Below are positions 52,826-64,000 of a DNA stretch of 64,000 nucleotides, in pieces (position 1 is the stretch's first letter; each line of letters opens with the position of its first letter). The notes beneath the pieces were generated by a model, which did not search any database, was not told the origin of the DNA, and saw nothing but the letters and a program-made list of their open reading frames with translations. The translations under genes and the position numbers were made by a program. The DNA comes from Octopus vulgaris (lineage: Eukaryota), in the NCBI GenBank assembly GCA_951406725.2, contig OX597819.1:8680001-8744000 (forward strand), in the 5' to 3' direction.

Positions 52826-53231
52826 GCATTGCATGTATGTATGTATGTATGTATGTATGTATGTATGTATGTATGTATGTATGTATGTATGTATGTATCT
52901 ATGTATGTAGGTATGTATGTATGTATGTATGTATGTATGCATTGCATGTATGTATGTATGTATGTATGTATGCAAGTATGTATGCATGTATGTATGTATG
53001 TATGTATGTATGTATGTATGAATGTATGTATGTATGTATGCATGTATGTATGTATGTATGCATGCAAGCATATATGTATGTATGTATGTATGTTTGCATG
53101 TATATATGTATGTATGTATGTTTTCATGTATGTATGTATTCATGTATGTATGTATATATGTATGCATGTATGTATGTATGTATGTATGTATGTATGTATG
53201 TATGTATGTATGTATGTATGTATGTATGTAT
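52755..53231. repeat. Long imperfect (TATG)n microsatellite
   Basis: Directly visible; explains the 130-170 aa HTYI/MYVC ORFs. Confidence 0.95.
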
Positions 53232-53502
53232 AAATTTCATTTATCTATAGTAGACGGCAAATGATTTCGATGTGGTGGGAGTGGTTGTAGATTCAGAGAT
53301 GATAACCTGTTATTATGACTTAGTGGACTTGTAGAACTCTGGCGGGTGAGTCAACAATATCATCCGCAATCTTAGAATATGCAACAGAGTTGGCGTGAAT
53401 AAGCTTGAAGAATGAGTTCAGTTTTAATTGTTCATTTTGCGGATGCTGCTTCCGGGTAGGTCTTTTTCCTTTGGTTTTTTTTTAGTTTTTTTTATTTATA
53501 AT

Positions 53503-53665
53503 AGGCGCAGGAGTGGCTGTGTGGTAAGTAGCTTGCTAACCAACCACATGGTTCCGGGTTCAGTCCCACTGCGTGGCATCTTGGGCAAGTGTCTTCTGCT
53601 ATAGCCCCGGGCCGACCAATGCCTTGTGAGTGGATTTGGTAGACGGAAACTGAAAGAAGCCTGTC

Positions 53666-53704
<39 letters not shown>

Positions 53705-53939
53705 TGTGTGTGTATATGTTTGTGTGTCTGTGTTTGTTCCCCTAGCATTGCTTGACAACCGATGCTGGTGTTTTTATGTCCCCGTCACTTAGCGGTTCGA
53801 CAAAAAGAGACCGATAGAATAAGTACTGGGCTTGCAAAAAGAATAAGTCCCGGGGTCGATTTGATCGACTAAAGGCGGTGCTCCAGCATGGCCGCAGTCA
53901 AATGACTGAAACAAGTAAAAGAGTAAAAGAGTAAAAGAG
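53503..53939 (+). mobile_element. SINE family A
   Basis: Full copy. Confidence 0.9.
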
Positions 53940-54249
53940 AATATTGCTGAATACCAGTTTCTGTTGGCAAGTCAATGTACGATGAACGTTATCAAGAGCT
54001 TCGTGCATGACGCAAATTTTGGGTTACTTCAACAAAGCTTCACCCTCACGCTCTCTACAGTCACCAGCGAGAAATGAATCCACTATTTCTTCTTCTATTG
54101 ATACTTGATGCCCAGAAATCGCCTTCTGTTACTTCTAGTCGGATTCTTACGTCTGCTAAAACAGCAGTTGCAACTGCTTCTGAATTAGTATACTAGTAGT
54201 ATCTCAAATTTTACAACTCATATTCTACCAAACATCATTTAGAAGAGGG

Positions 54250-54960
54250 TGGTGAAGTTCTCAATGTTACTGAGAATTTTGTCTTCGTACGTTTTCCCTT
54301 ATATCATCCTGTCACTATGGAAATTCCATCTTAATTTCTTCAGTATTGGTATCGTTTGCAAACTACTATTATATCTTGAGCATTTACTTAATCTCCAGTT
54401 AACACTGGATAGCGAGAACACGCACTTCATTTTCCCATCATTACCGACAAGTTGATGTCTACCGGTTTGCGCAGGTACGTTGTCTAAAATTAGCAGTGTC
54501 TTCACATTATCGAGAGAAAGTTTGAAGATATTATACCGTAATTTATACACTTCAGGAATAAAACAGAAGAAAATCAGTTATCAAAATTACACATGTTGAA
54601 CCACGATTTCTTGGCATGGCAATAATGAGCTAGCAGCTACTGCATTCTACCGATTCCAACTCGCACATGGACTGACCTCCTTACCGCCACTAACTTTAAA
54701 AGACGCAACTGACTGCGTTCACGCAACGCAATACTAAGAAGCGTTCCTCAATTCAAGACACCTACGAAAACTTCATACTTAAAAGCTTGGGTATTTCGAG
54801 ATAGTAACCACCGATGCATTGGTGTGTTTTCTACTTTACCACGGCTAATTTTATTATCCACTCCATGGTCAACAACACTTCTCACAAGCATCGAAATTCT
54901 TCATGCAATATACCTAGCTAGCTTTGCAACAGCAGTTTTAATTTCTAGAAAACGGATAAA
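54250..54960 (-). pseudogene. pogo/Tigger-like DDE transposase relic
   Basis: FIPEVYK...KTLLILDNVPA..H...KCVF resembles the K.LL.LDN.P.H signature; heavily broken. Confidence 0.6.
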
Positions 54961-56517
54961 AATTCTGTACTGAATATACTCCGGTTAAATTTACAATTTA
55001 AAAATAGGATAAAATCTTTATTAGAATTTATCAAGTAGTAAGCATAAAAAACCTCATGAGAGAAAAATCCGTCAATTTTTTTCTTAAATATATTTATTCA
55101 TATTATATTGAGGGCATTACTATACATAAACGCCACACGCTAGGAGGGACTCTTTTGTTCATTCGTTATAAATCTTGAATTATGCTTGCACTGAAGATTA
55201 AAAAGTGCATTTCTGCACTAATTATGAAATCATGTGATTTGCAGCTGAATTCTGTTTTTAAAAGGCTCGCCTCGAGAGTTGTATTTTTAATTTCTAGAAA
55301 ACGGACCTGTAGCTACTTTGTCACTGCCTCCTTAAGATTTGTAACTTTTGCACTTCCTAGCAGCTTTCTCACACCAACTGATAAGGATCTGATAAGGATT
55401 CAGAATTGGCATCGATATTACATTTCACTCAAAATACAGTGAGCTTGTTCTTAGCCTGATGGGTGTTCAAAACTGCATGCTTTTTAACACCACATTCTTC
55501 GCAATTTTTCGCCATCAAAGTACTACCCCCTAACCTCCCAATACGTTCTAGTTTTTGATTCACAGATTGAGACACATACTTATTATTTAAATGAAGCCAT
55601 AATATAAAATACAAAGCTACAAACTGCCTAATTGCTGGAATATTAATAAAAAATGTAGGAGAATGCATGTTGAGCTGTGTTGCGTATGATAGTTGTTTTC
55701 ACAATGTGCAATATGCTACTCTGCTGAATGAAGTCAGACATAGTATAACTCAAAAAATAACATACAAACTTTGGGTTAGTCTTCTCTGACTTAATCCTGG
55801 CATTGCAGCTTGTATTATTAGATTTGAAAACAAACTACAGCCAGATTTTATCTTGATAATACCACAACAGAATTAGAATAGAGAAATTCAGTTTCAGCAA
55901 ATTTCCAATGAATTTATACACACAACTTCTCACCACGAAAATGCAGTGGTTATTAGAGGTGGAGTGGAATCGTAGGAGAAAGTGTATGCCATATATAAGA
56001 AACGGTGAAAATGGATGAATGAATCCTTAGAGAAGGAAAATTAAAAGCTAGTTAAGAAGAAGAAAGGGCACAACTGAGAAGGTTTTAAAAGCGTGCGGAA
56101 GTTAAATATCACTCAACTTCTGTCTATATTTTTTTTCTTTGTTCTCATTATCGTAGCATTTACCCGGTTCTTATATCATGGTACAGCTAGCTGCGAGGTA
56201 TTCAGAGTTGTCACATAACGACTGCTGCATTTCATAAAATGGGACACAAATATTAATTTCTCATATAATCCATGGTCATAGTATTGACTAATCTTAACAT
56301 TTATGACGAATTTATTATTATTGGATGGAGTGAGCCGCTCAAATAGCACGCTCAGCATATATGCCGCCATAAAGCTAATAAGCCTCAAAATGGCAGCGAG
56401 TGAATCTGTCAGTCATTTTCTTAATTCTGATGTTATCCTTTTTATCCATTATCTGGGCGAAAGGAACCCGTCTAACGAGGGTCAATGGTATATGTAGTAA
56501 GTAGGTATATATGCATG

Positions 56518-56622
<105 letters not shown>

Positions 56623-56769
56623 ATAATCTTATATTATATGTGTGCGTGTGTGTATGTAGGTGTTTGTGTGTGTGTGTATACATACATAAAAATCAAAATG
56701 TAATCACGCATATTCCATTGCTATACATATAAAGTCTCATCGATACACAATGCAGACAAGGGAGAAAAA

Positions 56770-56811
<42 letters not shown>

Positions 56812-57899
56812 ATAAATATCCACTCATTAGACTACTAATCCGTTATGTTATTCTATTTCTGAACACATTCCTATCATTTATTTCCAAAGAAATGTCACCC
56901 GTTTTATAACTGAAATAAACTCCAGTAAAACCTTAGTATATCAAATAGAAGCGACTAAAAAAATGATAAATTCATATCTTACTTCAGGATATTTTATCAA
57001 AGAAAGGCGACAGAAAGAAAAGAAAAGACAGCCAGTAAGATTAACAATAATACATTATTTGAAGATAGCTCAAGTTACAAGGCTGGAAATAGAACAGTTT
57101 TACTATATTGGAATAACCACTGTCTCCTGCTGCTACGTCTGTCTTCTAGCAGTAATTAAACGACAACTGATCAACCAATAACTAATATATTTCAAGAATG
57201 AACATAAAATAAGCTGCACTTCGCTCACGATGTGGGTTTTTCATATATTGACTAAAGGTCAAAGTTTTATAGCGGGCGATTGGTGGATTAAATTAGACTA
57301 TATAACATTCACGCCATTCCCCAATGCACAAGCAATCTGCGATCAGCTAAAACGACAGCAGCATCCTGATATAAAAAAAAAACGATTCGTAGATTCAGTC
57401 TGGGGGACGTTCGGCACTTCTAACGGCACTTAATAGTCCACATATTACCCAATGTCTCATAACGTCACGCATTCAAAAGAAAATACTTTTATAGTCATGT
57501 GCAACATTTCCTGAAGTCGCTTAATGTCACTTAGTGAACGGTTCAATATTTTCTAAGGTCATATAGTGTCATTCACTAGTTATGCCAGTATATCTATAAG
57601 CACAAACTAACCTCATTTTTGCAATAGTTTAATATTTCCTGATGTTATCTAACACACTCATTTAACACTTAAATATTTTTTTAACATCACACAACGTCGT
57701 TAAATATACAGATATTCGTCTCTAACGCCATGAAACGTGGCATAACTCAGTTTCTCTAAATAATTTAATCTTTAATTCGAATTTTTTTATGTATGATAAT
57801 TCGTGTGTGTGTGTGTGTTTTATTTAAATGGCTGGCCTAACACACCACACGGCTAAACACATTACCTGGTCTTTTGAGGGTCTTAGCAGAATTGAATAT

Positions 57900-58135
57900 G
57901 GCGGCGAGCTGGCAGAAACATTAGCACGCCGGGCGAAATGGGTACCTGTATTTCGTCTACCGTTACGTTCTCTGTTCAAATTCCGCCGAGGTCGACTTTG
58001 TTTTCATCCGTTCGGGGTCGATAAATTAAGTTACCAGTTACGCAATGGGGTCGATTTAATCGACTTGATCCGTTTGTTTGTCCTTGTTTGTCCTCTCTGT
58101 GTTCAGCCCCTTGTGGGTAGTAAAGAAATAGGTAT
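57900..58135 (+). mobile_element. SINE family C
   Basis: Full copy; explains the middle of ORF 57828. Confidence 0.85.
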
Positions 58136-59239
58136 TAGTACCCGGAATAGGCTACTGGCTTTTAACCTGCTCATCTTTTGCGCAGAGACGGTATTGGTGT
58201 CATCGCAAACACAACGGCATTACAAAATTAAAAGTGATAGTCGTCCTACTGTAATTACAAGCTAAGAAAATAATTTGATGACGAGCCAATGCATGAGCTC
58301 CTAATCGGGCTTTTGAACAGAAATAGCAGCCGAACGTCCACCAAATTGCAAAATACTACTCTAAATAAAGATGTTGCATCGGAAAATATAGTGCGTGTTA
58401 TGGAACAAAAATGAGAGGATATCCACTGGTGGAATAACTTTATTGAGTTGCCTGACAAACAGTTACAAAATCATAAAAAAACATGCCAAGAGAAATAACT
58501 AAATGGCTAGAAGCTGGTTGGCAAAGACGAATAGGTTTATAGTAAATAACATATAAAATAAATTCTTGATTTAATGACACACACTTCGCTTTAACAGAAA
58601 ATAAGCAAATACGTCGTGGCAATTGCAACCGATGCCGAAGTGAGGATAATTTCAAAGATCAAGAATCTTCAGGAACTGACATGGCAATCCGTTTCTTTTT
58701 TATCTCTAGAAGGGTGACGGATGTGGCCATGTGTTTATGGCTCATTAGGTGACATAGTATAAAGGTTGTTCTATATTGACTCCAACCATAAATGAGGCTT
58801 AGACGTATACAAAAAGTGCAGAGAACATTTTCATAATTAAAGCAAAAATTTAGTAAACAAAAGACTTCAGAGACAGTAATGGCATGAATTTGGGTTCGTA
58901 ATACAAGGAATGTATTCATTTATTCACAAGCGAAAATACGTGATATCTTGTCTACAGTTCCATATATGTAAAATATACAAAAGAAAGGAACTTTTAGGTT
59001 TTGTAATATATATTTTTTCAAAGTGGGGTTATCTTTCAGGCTAAGGACACCTATTCTGTGGGAAATAAAGTCATTTTAGCCAATTGGTAGTAGGTATTTC
59101 CCCGATGAATATTGATAGAAGACCCTACAAAAATCCAGAAGTTCCGATATTTATCTCTTTGAGAAATATAAAATCCTATCCTAAAATTTTGAGATAAAAA
59201 TCGGAATTGGTGAAGACATCCATCGGTATTTACCGAGAC

Positions 59240-59466
59240 GAGAGCTGACAGAAACGTTAGCACGCCGGGCGAAATGCGTAGCCCTATTTCGTCTGCCGTT
59301 ACGTTCTGAGTTCAAATTCCGCCGAGGTCGACTTTGCCTTTCATCCTTTCGGGGTCGATAAATTAAGTACCAGTTACGCACTGGGGTTGATGTAATCGAC
59401 TTAATACCTATGTCTGTCCTTGTTTGTCCCCTCTATGTTTAGTCCCTTGTGGGCAATAAAGAAATA
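59240..59466 (+). mobile_element. SINE family C with TSD
   Basis: ggtatttaccgagac and ggtatttatcgagac flanks. Confidence 0.88.
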
Positions 59467-59519
59467 GGTATTTATCGAGACAATGCCAACTATCATCTGC
59501 CCTATCAAGGACAGAATGG

Positions 59520-59800
59520 AGGAAGTAGGCCCAGTCACCTGTCAAAGTACCAACTTTGTGGACACTTTCTGATGACCAAAGTTTTCACCCAAAATCTCCT
59601 ATAGTGTATTGCAACTGCAGTCTGTTCCCACAAATCAATTTATCCACTTGCTGGCGATGCGTGTCAGTAGTTGCAATAGGTGGTCTCACACTGCGGGGTT
59701 TGTCTTCGATGCTGCTTTCATCCTTTGCACATCTTCATATATTTCTACGCATTATTCTTGTCAATGGTATCATCACCTTAGACAAAGGGTAACCTTCTGA
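59520..59800 (-). pseudogene. mariner transposase N-terminal relic
   Basis: GDDTIDKNNA..., SSIEDKPRSVRPPIATT...VDKLICGNR, HQKVSTKLVL match the ED.PRSGRP and RKV.A.WVP regions. Confidence 0.6.
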
Positions 59801-59912
59801 GGATCTCGGTCAGCCTGCCTTCGTCAAGAACTCAACGACTTTATTTGCTTGCAAAACAGAAAAACTGAAAGAAGAGTGAATTACTATAGTGGAAGCGTTT
59901 GAACGACTTATA

Positions 59913-60310
59913 TCTTTATATATAAAAGTGAGGTTGTGTGCTATCTGTCTCCTACGATTTAGATTCCTAACTACTCCCACATTTTGCGGTGCAGTTTAAC
60001 CAAAACCGGGTATCTTATAGTCGTGATTCATATCGAGCCCTTCTGGGTATTAGCGCGCGCCTACGATGAGTCTACGATTAAAAAAAAATTACCATCAATT
60101 TTTCCGTATTTTTAATGCATTTTTGGCATATATAAGGGAAGTAACTCTCTAAAAATGTATTATTAAATCTCAGAACGTAAAAATCTACAGTAACACCCCC
60201 CCCCCTTTGTGGTTAGCCATATTGAGATGGCTATTATACTTTACATCTCTAAAAATGGTTATATAGTTATTTCTCGTACAAACCCGAGCAACGCCGGGCG
60301 ATACTGCTAG
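59913..60310 (+). mobile_element. Non-autonomous Helitron
   Basis: A|TC...cccgagcaacgccggg...CTAG|T; ends shared with 20605-20997. Confidence 0.85.
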
Positions 60311-60618
60311 TTAGTTTATAAAAAAGGGTTTTCCCACTTTTGCATTACTTTCGATAAAAACTTCGTATTTTAGAATTACTTCTTTAGAATTACTTACTGA
60401 TAGTTTTCAGGCTTAGTCATTTTTTGCTGTTGTTCGTTAAAAACTTTTAAATAAGCTAACGATTATTACTCCAATGCTGACATTAGAATTTAAGAATAAT
60501 TTGTTTTTATTTGGATTTTGTTGTTAAAAAAATATAACATACTTTCTAACATACAGTATCATAGTTTTCATTCTCTGCTATGGAAGAGTGTTACTTTACA
60601 AATTCAAACTGTTTCAAG

Positions 60619-60995
60619 AGTAATGATTATAATAAAGGATGGATGATACCAAATATAGTAAATTATAAATAGTTGGTGTTAAATATTTTAAAAACCAATT
60701 TGTGAGTGAGGTGCTCTTAGTCTAAAATGTTAAACTTAATTATTTGAATGGTGATGTTGATTCGCCCTGAAATGAGTTTGCCAAAAAATGATTTTTGGTG
60801 GGATTAATTTATCGCTATGGAGGGTTGTCAGTTAAGTTCAGTTTGTAGTGTTTGAAATGAAGTTCTTTTAAAAAACCAAAAGGCCGCCATCTTTCTCGAT
60901 GGTTACGTTCTGTGTGATACCATTATCTTTATTTTATAAGACATTATTATTTTCTTGTAAGTGATAGTAATAACAGTAATACATTTTGTAAATAA
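60619..60995 (+). repeat. Roughly 376-bp direct repeat, copy 1
   Basis: Nearly identical to 63349-63724 (about 6 differences counted by eye). Confidence 0.9.
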
Positions 60996-61559
60996 TCTAT
61001 TTTAGGAATTATATTTCATTTCGTTTTTATTTGTAGAATCATCAATAGTGTTAATGATGTTGATTAAATTTTGTATATTTCTTAAATTCATCGCTAGATT
61101 TTCTTTCTTTTTATTTTTCATACCTTTTATATTTGTATTTTTCAAAACTAGAGTTATAATCATTTACAGACATATTTTGTTACCAGCCTCTCATTTTTCA
61201 CACACATTTATAATTAATGATTATAAATTTTAACTAATCATAGCAACTTCAAAGTCAATTATAAAAAGCGATAATACGTGTTAGGTTTAACTATATAAGT
61301 AATAAGCCTGAGAAAACCAGCGCTGGTGAGTCATAAAGTACATATGTAATCTTCAGCTTCAAATAAATATATTATTCTACGTTGTCAAGTTTTGAGTCCT
61401 CTTTCGTTTTATGCGTATATTGTATTCACAAACACGCAAATACATATACATACATACGTGTGTGCGTGGCTCTGTTGAAAATTCATGTATGTATAAGCGA
61501 GTGTTACGTTTCAAAGACAGTTTATTTACTTATTTATTATCGATATATATATATACTCT

Positions 61560-61950
61560 CTCTTTTACTCTTTTACTTGTTTCAGTCATTTGACTGCGGC
61601 CATGCTTGAGCACCGCCTTTAGTCGAGCAACTCGATCCCGGGACTTATTCTTTTTTGTAAGCCCAGTACTTATTCTATCGGTCTCTTTTGCCGAACCGCT
61701 AAGTAACGGGGACATAAGCACACCAGCATCGGTTGTCAAGCAATGCTAGGGGGACAAACACACACACGCATATATATATATACATATATACGACGGGCTT
61801 CTTTCAGTTTCCGTCTACCAATTCCACTCACAAGGCTTTGGTCGGCCCGAGGCTATAGCAGAAGACACTTGCTCAAGGTGCCACGCAGTGGGACTGAACC
61901 CGGAACCATGTGGTTGGTAAACAAGCTACTTACCACACAGCCACTCCTGC
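61560..61950 (-). mobile_element. SINE family A
   Basis: Full reverse copy. Confidence 0.9.
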
Positions 61951-62061
61951 CGAATATAATTGCCGAACCGTAAAGTTACGGGAACATAAACACACCAACA
62001 CCAGTCGTCAAGCGGTGATGGGGAACAAACACAAACACAAACACACACACGCATACACGCA

Positions 62062-62945
62062 TGTAGGTTTGATCAATAAGTATCCGGAATGTTGACATAG
62101 TAACGAAGCTAAAGGAAACAGAGTAAAGCAGCTTGGAACAGATTGACCTTGACCTCTGTTGTGCATGTGCACCACGATTTAATGTCCTAGCTCACTTCCG
62201 CTGTTTACAACAGTGCTTCGAAGTAACGTGTGATCGTCTCATCGACCCTGACAGTGAAAGTTGTCATGGCGATACCTGCTCAAACTTTGCCGACCCAAAG
62301 TTACAGAAAGCGTATGGAGGGGAGTGTATGAGCCGCACTCAAGTGTACGAGTGGTTCAGACGTTTCCAAGATGGCCGAAAAAATGTCGATATTGACGAAC
62401 GTTCTAGGAGACCTGCAACCAGCAGAACTAAGAAAAACATCGCAGAAGTGCGTGTAACTGTGAGGGGAATCGTCGAATCACCATCCCTGAGTTATCAGAG
62501 GATGTGCAGATTGGTTACGGTCTAGTTCAGTCTATTATCACTGAAGATTTGGGTATGAGACACATGTCTATCAAGTTTGTGGCAAAACTGCTTTCAGCTG
62601 ACCGAAAGTACACTCAGGTTTCAGTCGCACAAGATATCCTTGATTGCGTCGAGAACGATGAAAATTTTTGGAAACTTTGCATAGGCTTGTGAGCAAGGTA
62701 TCGTCAAGCGTTTTGCCAAAGTAGATGCAAATTCTTTGCTCAATTTTCACTGTCATGGTCAATGTGACGAACACACGTTGCACACGTTACTTCCAAGCAC
62801 TGCTGTAAAGAGCGGAAGTGAGCTAAAACGTTAAAATTTAGTGTCCACGCATAGCAGAGTTTTAAGTTCAATATGGGCTTTACTTTCCGTACTTCAGCTT
62901 CGTTACAATGGGCACAGTCTGGATACTTATTGATCAGACCACGTA
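62062..62945 (+). mobile_element. Fold-back mariner derivative: two 5' ends in inverted orientation with a transposase N-terminal remnant
   Basis: TIR gg.tgatcaataagtatcc.ga at both ends and diverged inverted arms of about 250 bp. KLQKAYGGECMSRTQVYEWFRRFQDGR...ERSRRP and EDLGMRHMSIKFVAKLL are mariner HTH regions. Confidence 0.85.
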
Positions 62946-63348
62946 CATTATTGGCGTCCAAATTGAATTGGCTACATTTCAAAAATGACTGAAAATCAGT
63001 TTTCTATTCTGATAAAGCATGCAACAATGATTTTTCTGATTCTTCAAGATTCCAAATCCAAGAAGTGAATTAAAGGTGATTTTACCCTAAAAGATTTGTG
63101 TTTAAGAGTTAACTGAAATATTTTACTGATATAATGTATCGTTTACGACAAAATTGCGATGCAGAAACAGACATTGAATCTTATGATAATCATAATATAT
63201 TATTGTCATATCTTTTTAGTCTCTTCTAACACCAATGATGGCGTGCCACATTCGGGAATTCTAGTCAACAGCAGATATACAGTGGTTTTCTTTTCATCGA
63301 CCCACTATTCGCTGAATGTTTGAATTTACCTTTAGTTACAGTCCTTTT

Positions 63349-63724
63349 AGTAATGATTATAATAAAGGATGGATGATACCAAATATAGTAAATTATAAAT
63401 AGTTGGTGTTAAATATTTTAAAAACCAATTTGTGAGTGAGGTGCTCTTAGTCTAAAATGTTAAACTTAATTATTTGAATGGTGATGTTGATTCGCCCTAA
63501 AATGAGTTTGCCAAAAAATGATTTTTGGTGGGATTAATTTATCGCTATGGAGGGTTGTCAGTTAAGTTCAGTTTGTAGTGTTTGAAATGAAGTTCTTTTA
63601 AAAACCAAAAGGCCTCCATTTTTCTCTATGGTTACGTTCTGTATGATACCATTATCTTTATTTTATAAGACATTATTATTTTCTTGTAAGTGATAGTAAT
63701 AACAGTAATACATTTTGTAAATAA
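63349..63724 (+). repeat. Roughly 376-bp direct repeat, copy 2
   Basis: See 60619-60995. Confidence 0.9.
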
Positions 63725-64000
63725 ACTTCGACTTAGGTTTTAAATATGCCATACGCCATCTCGGGCACACACTCATATATATTTAGAGCAGAGTTCTGTG
63801 TAAGTTTGTTTCAGATTGCTCAATTTAAGCTTATGAGCAATCTGAGTTTGATTGCTCAATTTAAACATTTGAATTTGCAAACGCGAGGAAAAAAGTATTC
63901 AATACTGAGCTGCAAGGATTTACCGTCATTATTCTCATATCAAACTGCTGTCATTTCATAAGCTATCGGACGTAACTCAGAGCAACGACTACAGTGAATT

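Noticed and set aside
60619-63724. Direct repeats interpreted as the LTRs of a retrotransposon
   Set aside because: No TG..CA termini, PBS, PPT, TSD or gag/pol remnant between them.

Overview
AT-rich, microsatellite-dense eukaryotic DNA with no recognisable host exon. The repeat families and density suggest a cephalopod, probably Octopus; this is inferred from pattern recognition, not a database hit. Almost all ORFs in the track are microsatellite or SINE artefacts. The only long real ORF is a 5'-truncated but uninterrupted Penelope-like retroelement (Neptune-type RT plus GIY-YIG endonuclease, 18231-19769). The rest is three abundant tRNA-derived SINE families, non-autonomous Helitrons, and relics of Tx1/L1, R4/Dong-type, mariner, maT and pogo elements. 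The most interesting signal, read by eye, is a set of about ten type I hammerhead ribozyme motifs. Six have complete cores: four canonical CUGAnGA...GAAA and two of the U3-A8 compensatory variant, the latter pair showing stem II covariation. They sit in Penelope 3' pseudo-LTRs or in short 200-500 bp ORF-less stubs embedded in (TA)n. Also notable are a 2x2 domain-swap matrix among SINEs, fold-back pLTR hairpins, and closely spaced inverted SINE pairs that could form long dsRNA. Element boundaries were placed by eye and are approximate.
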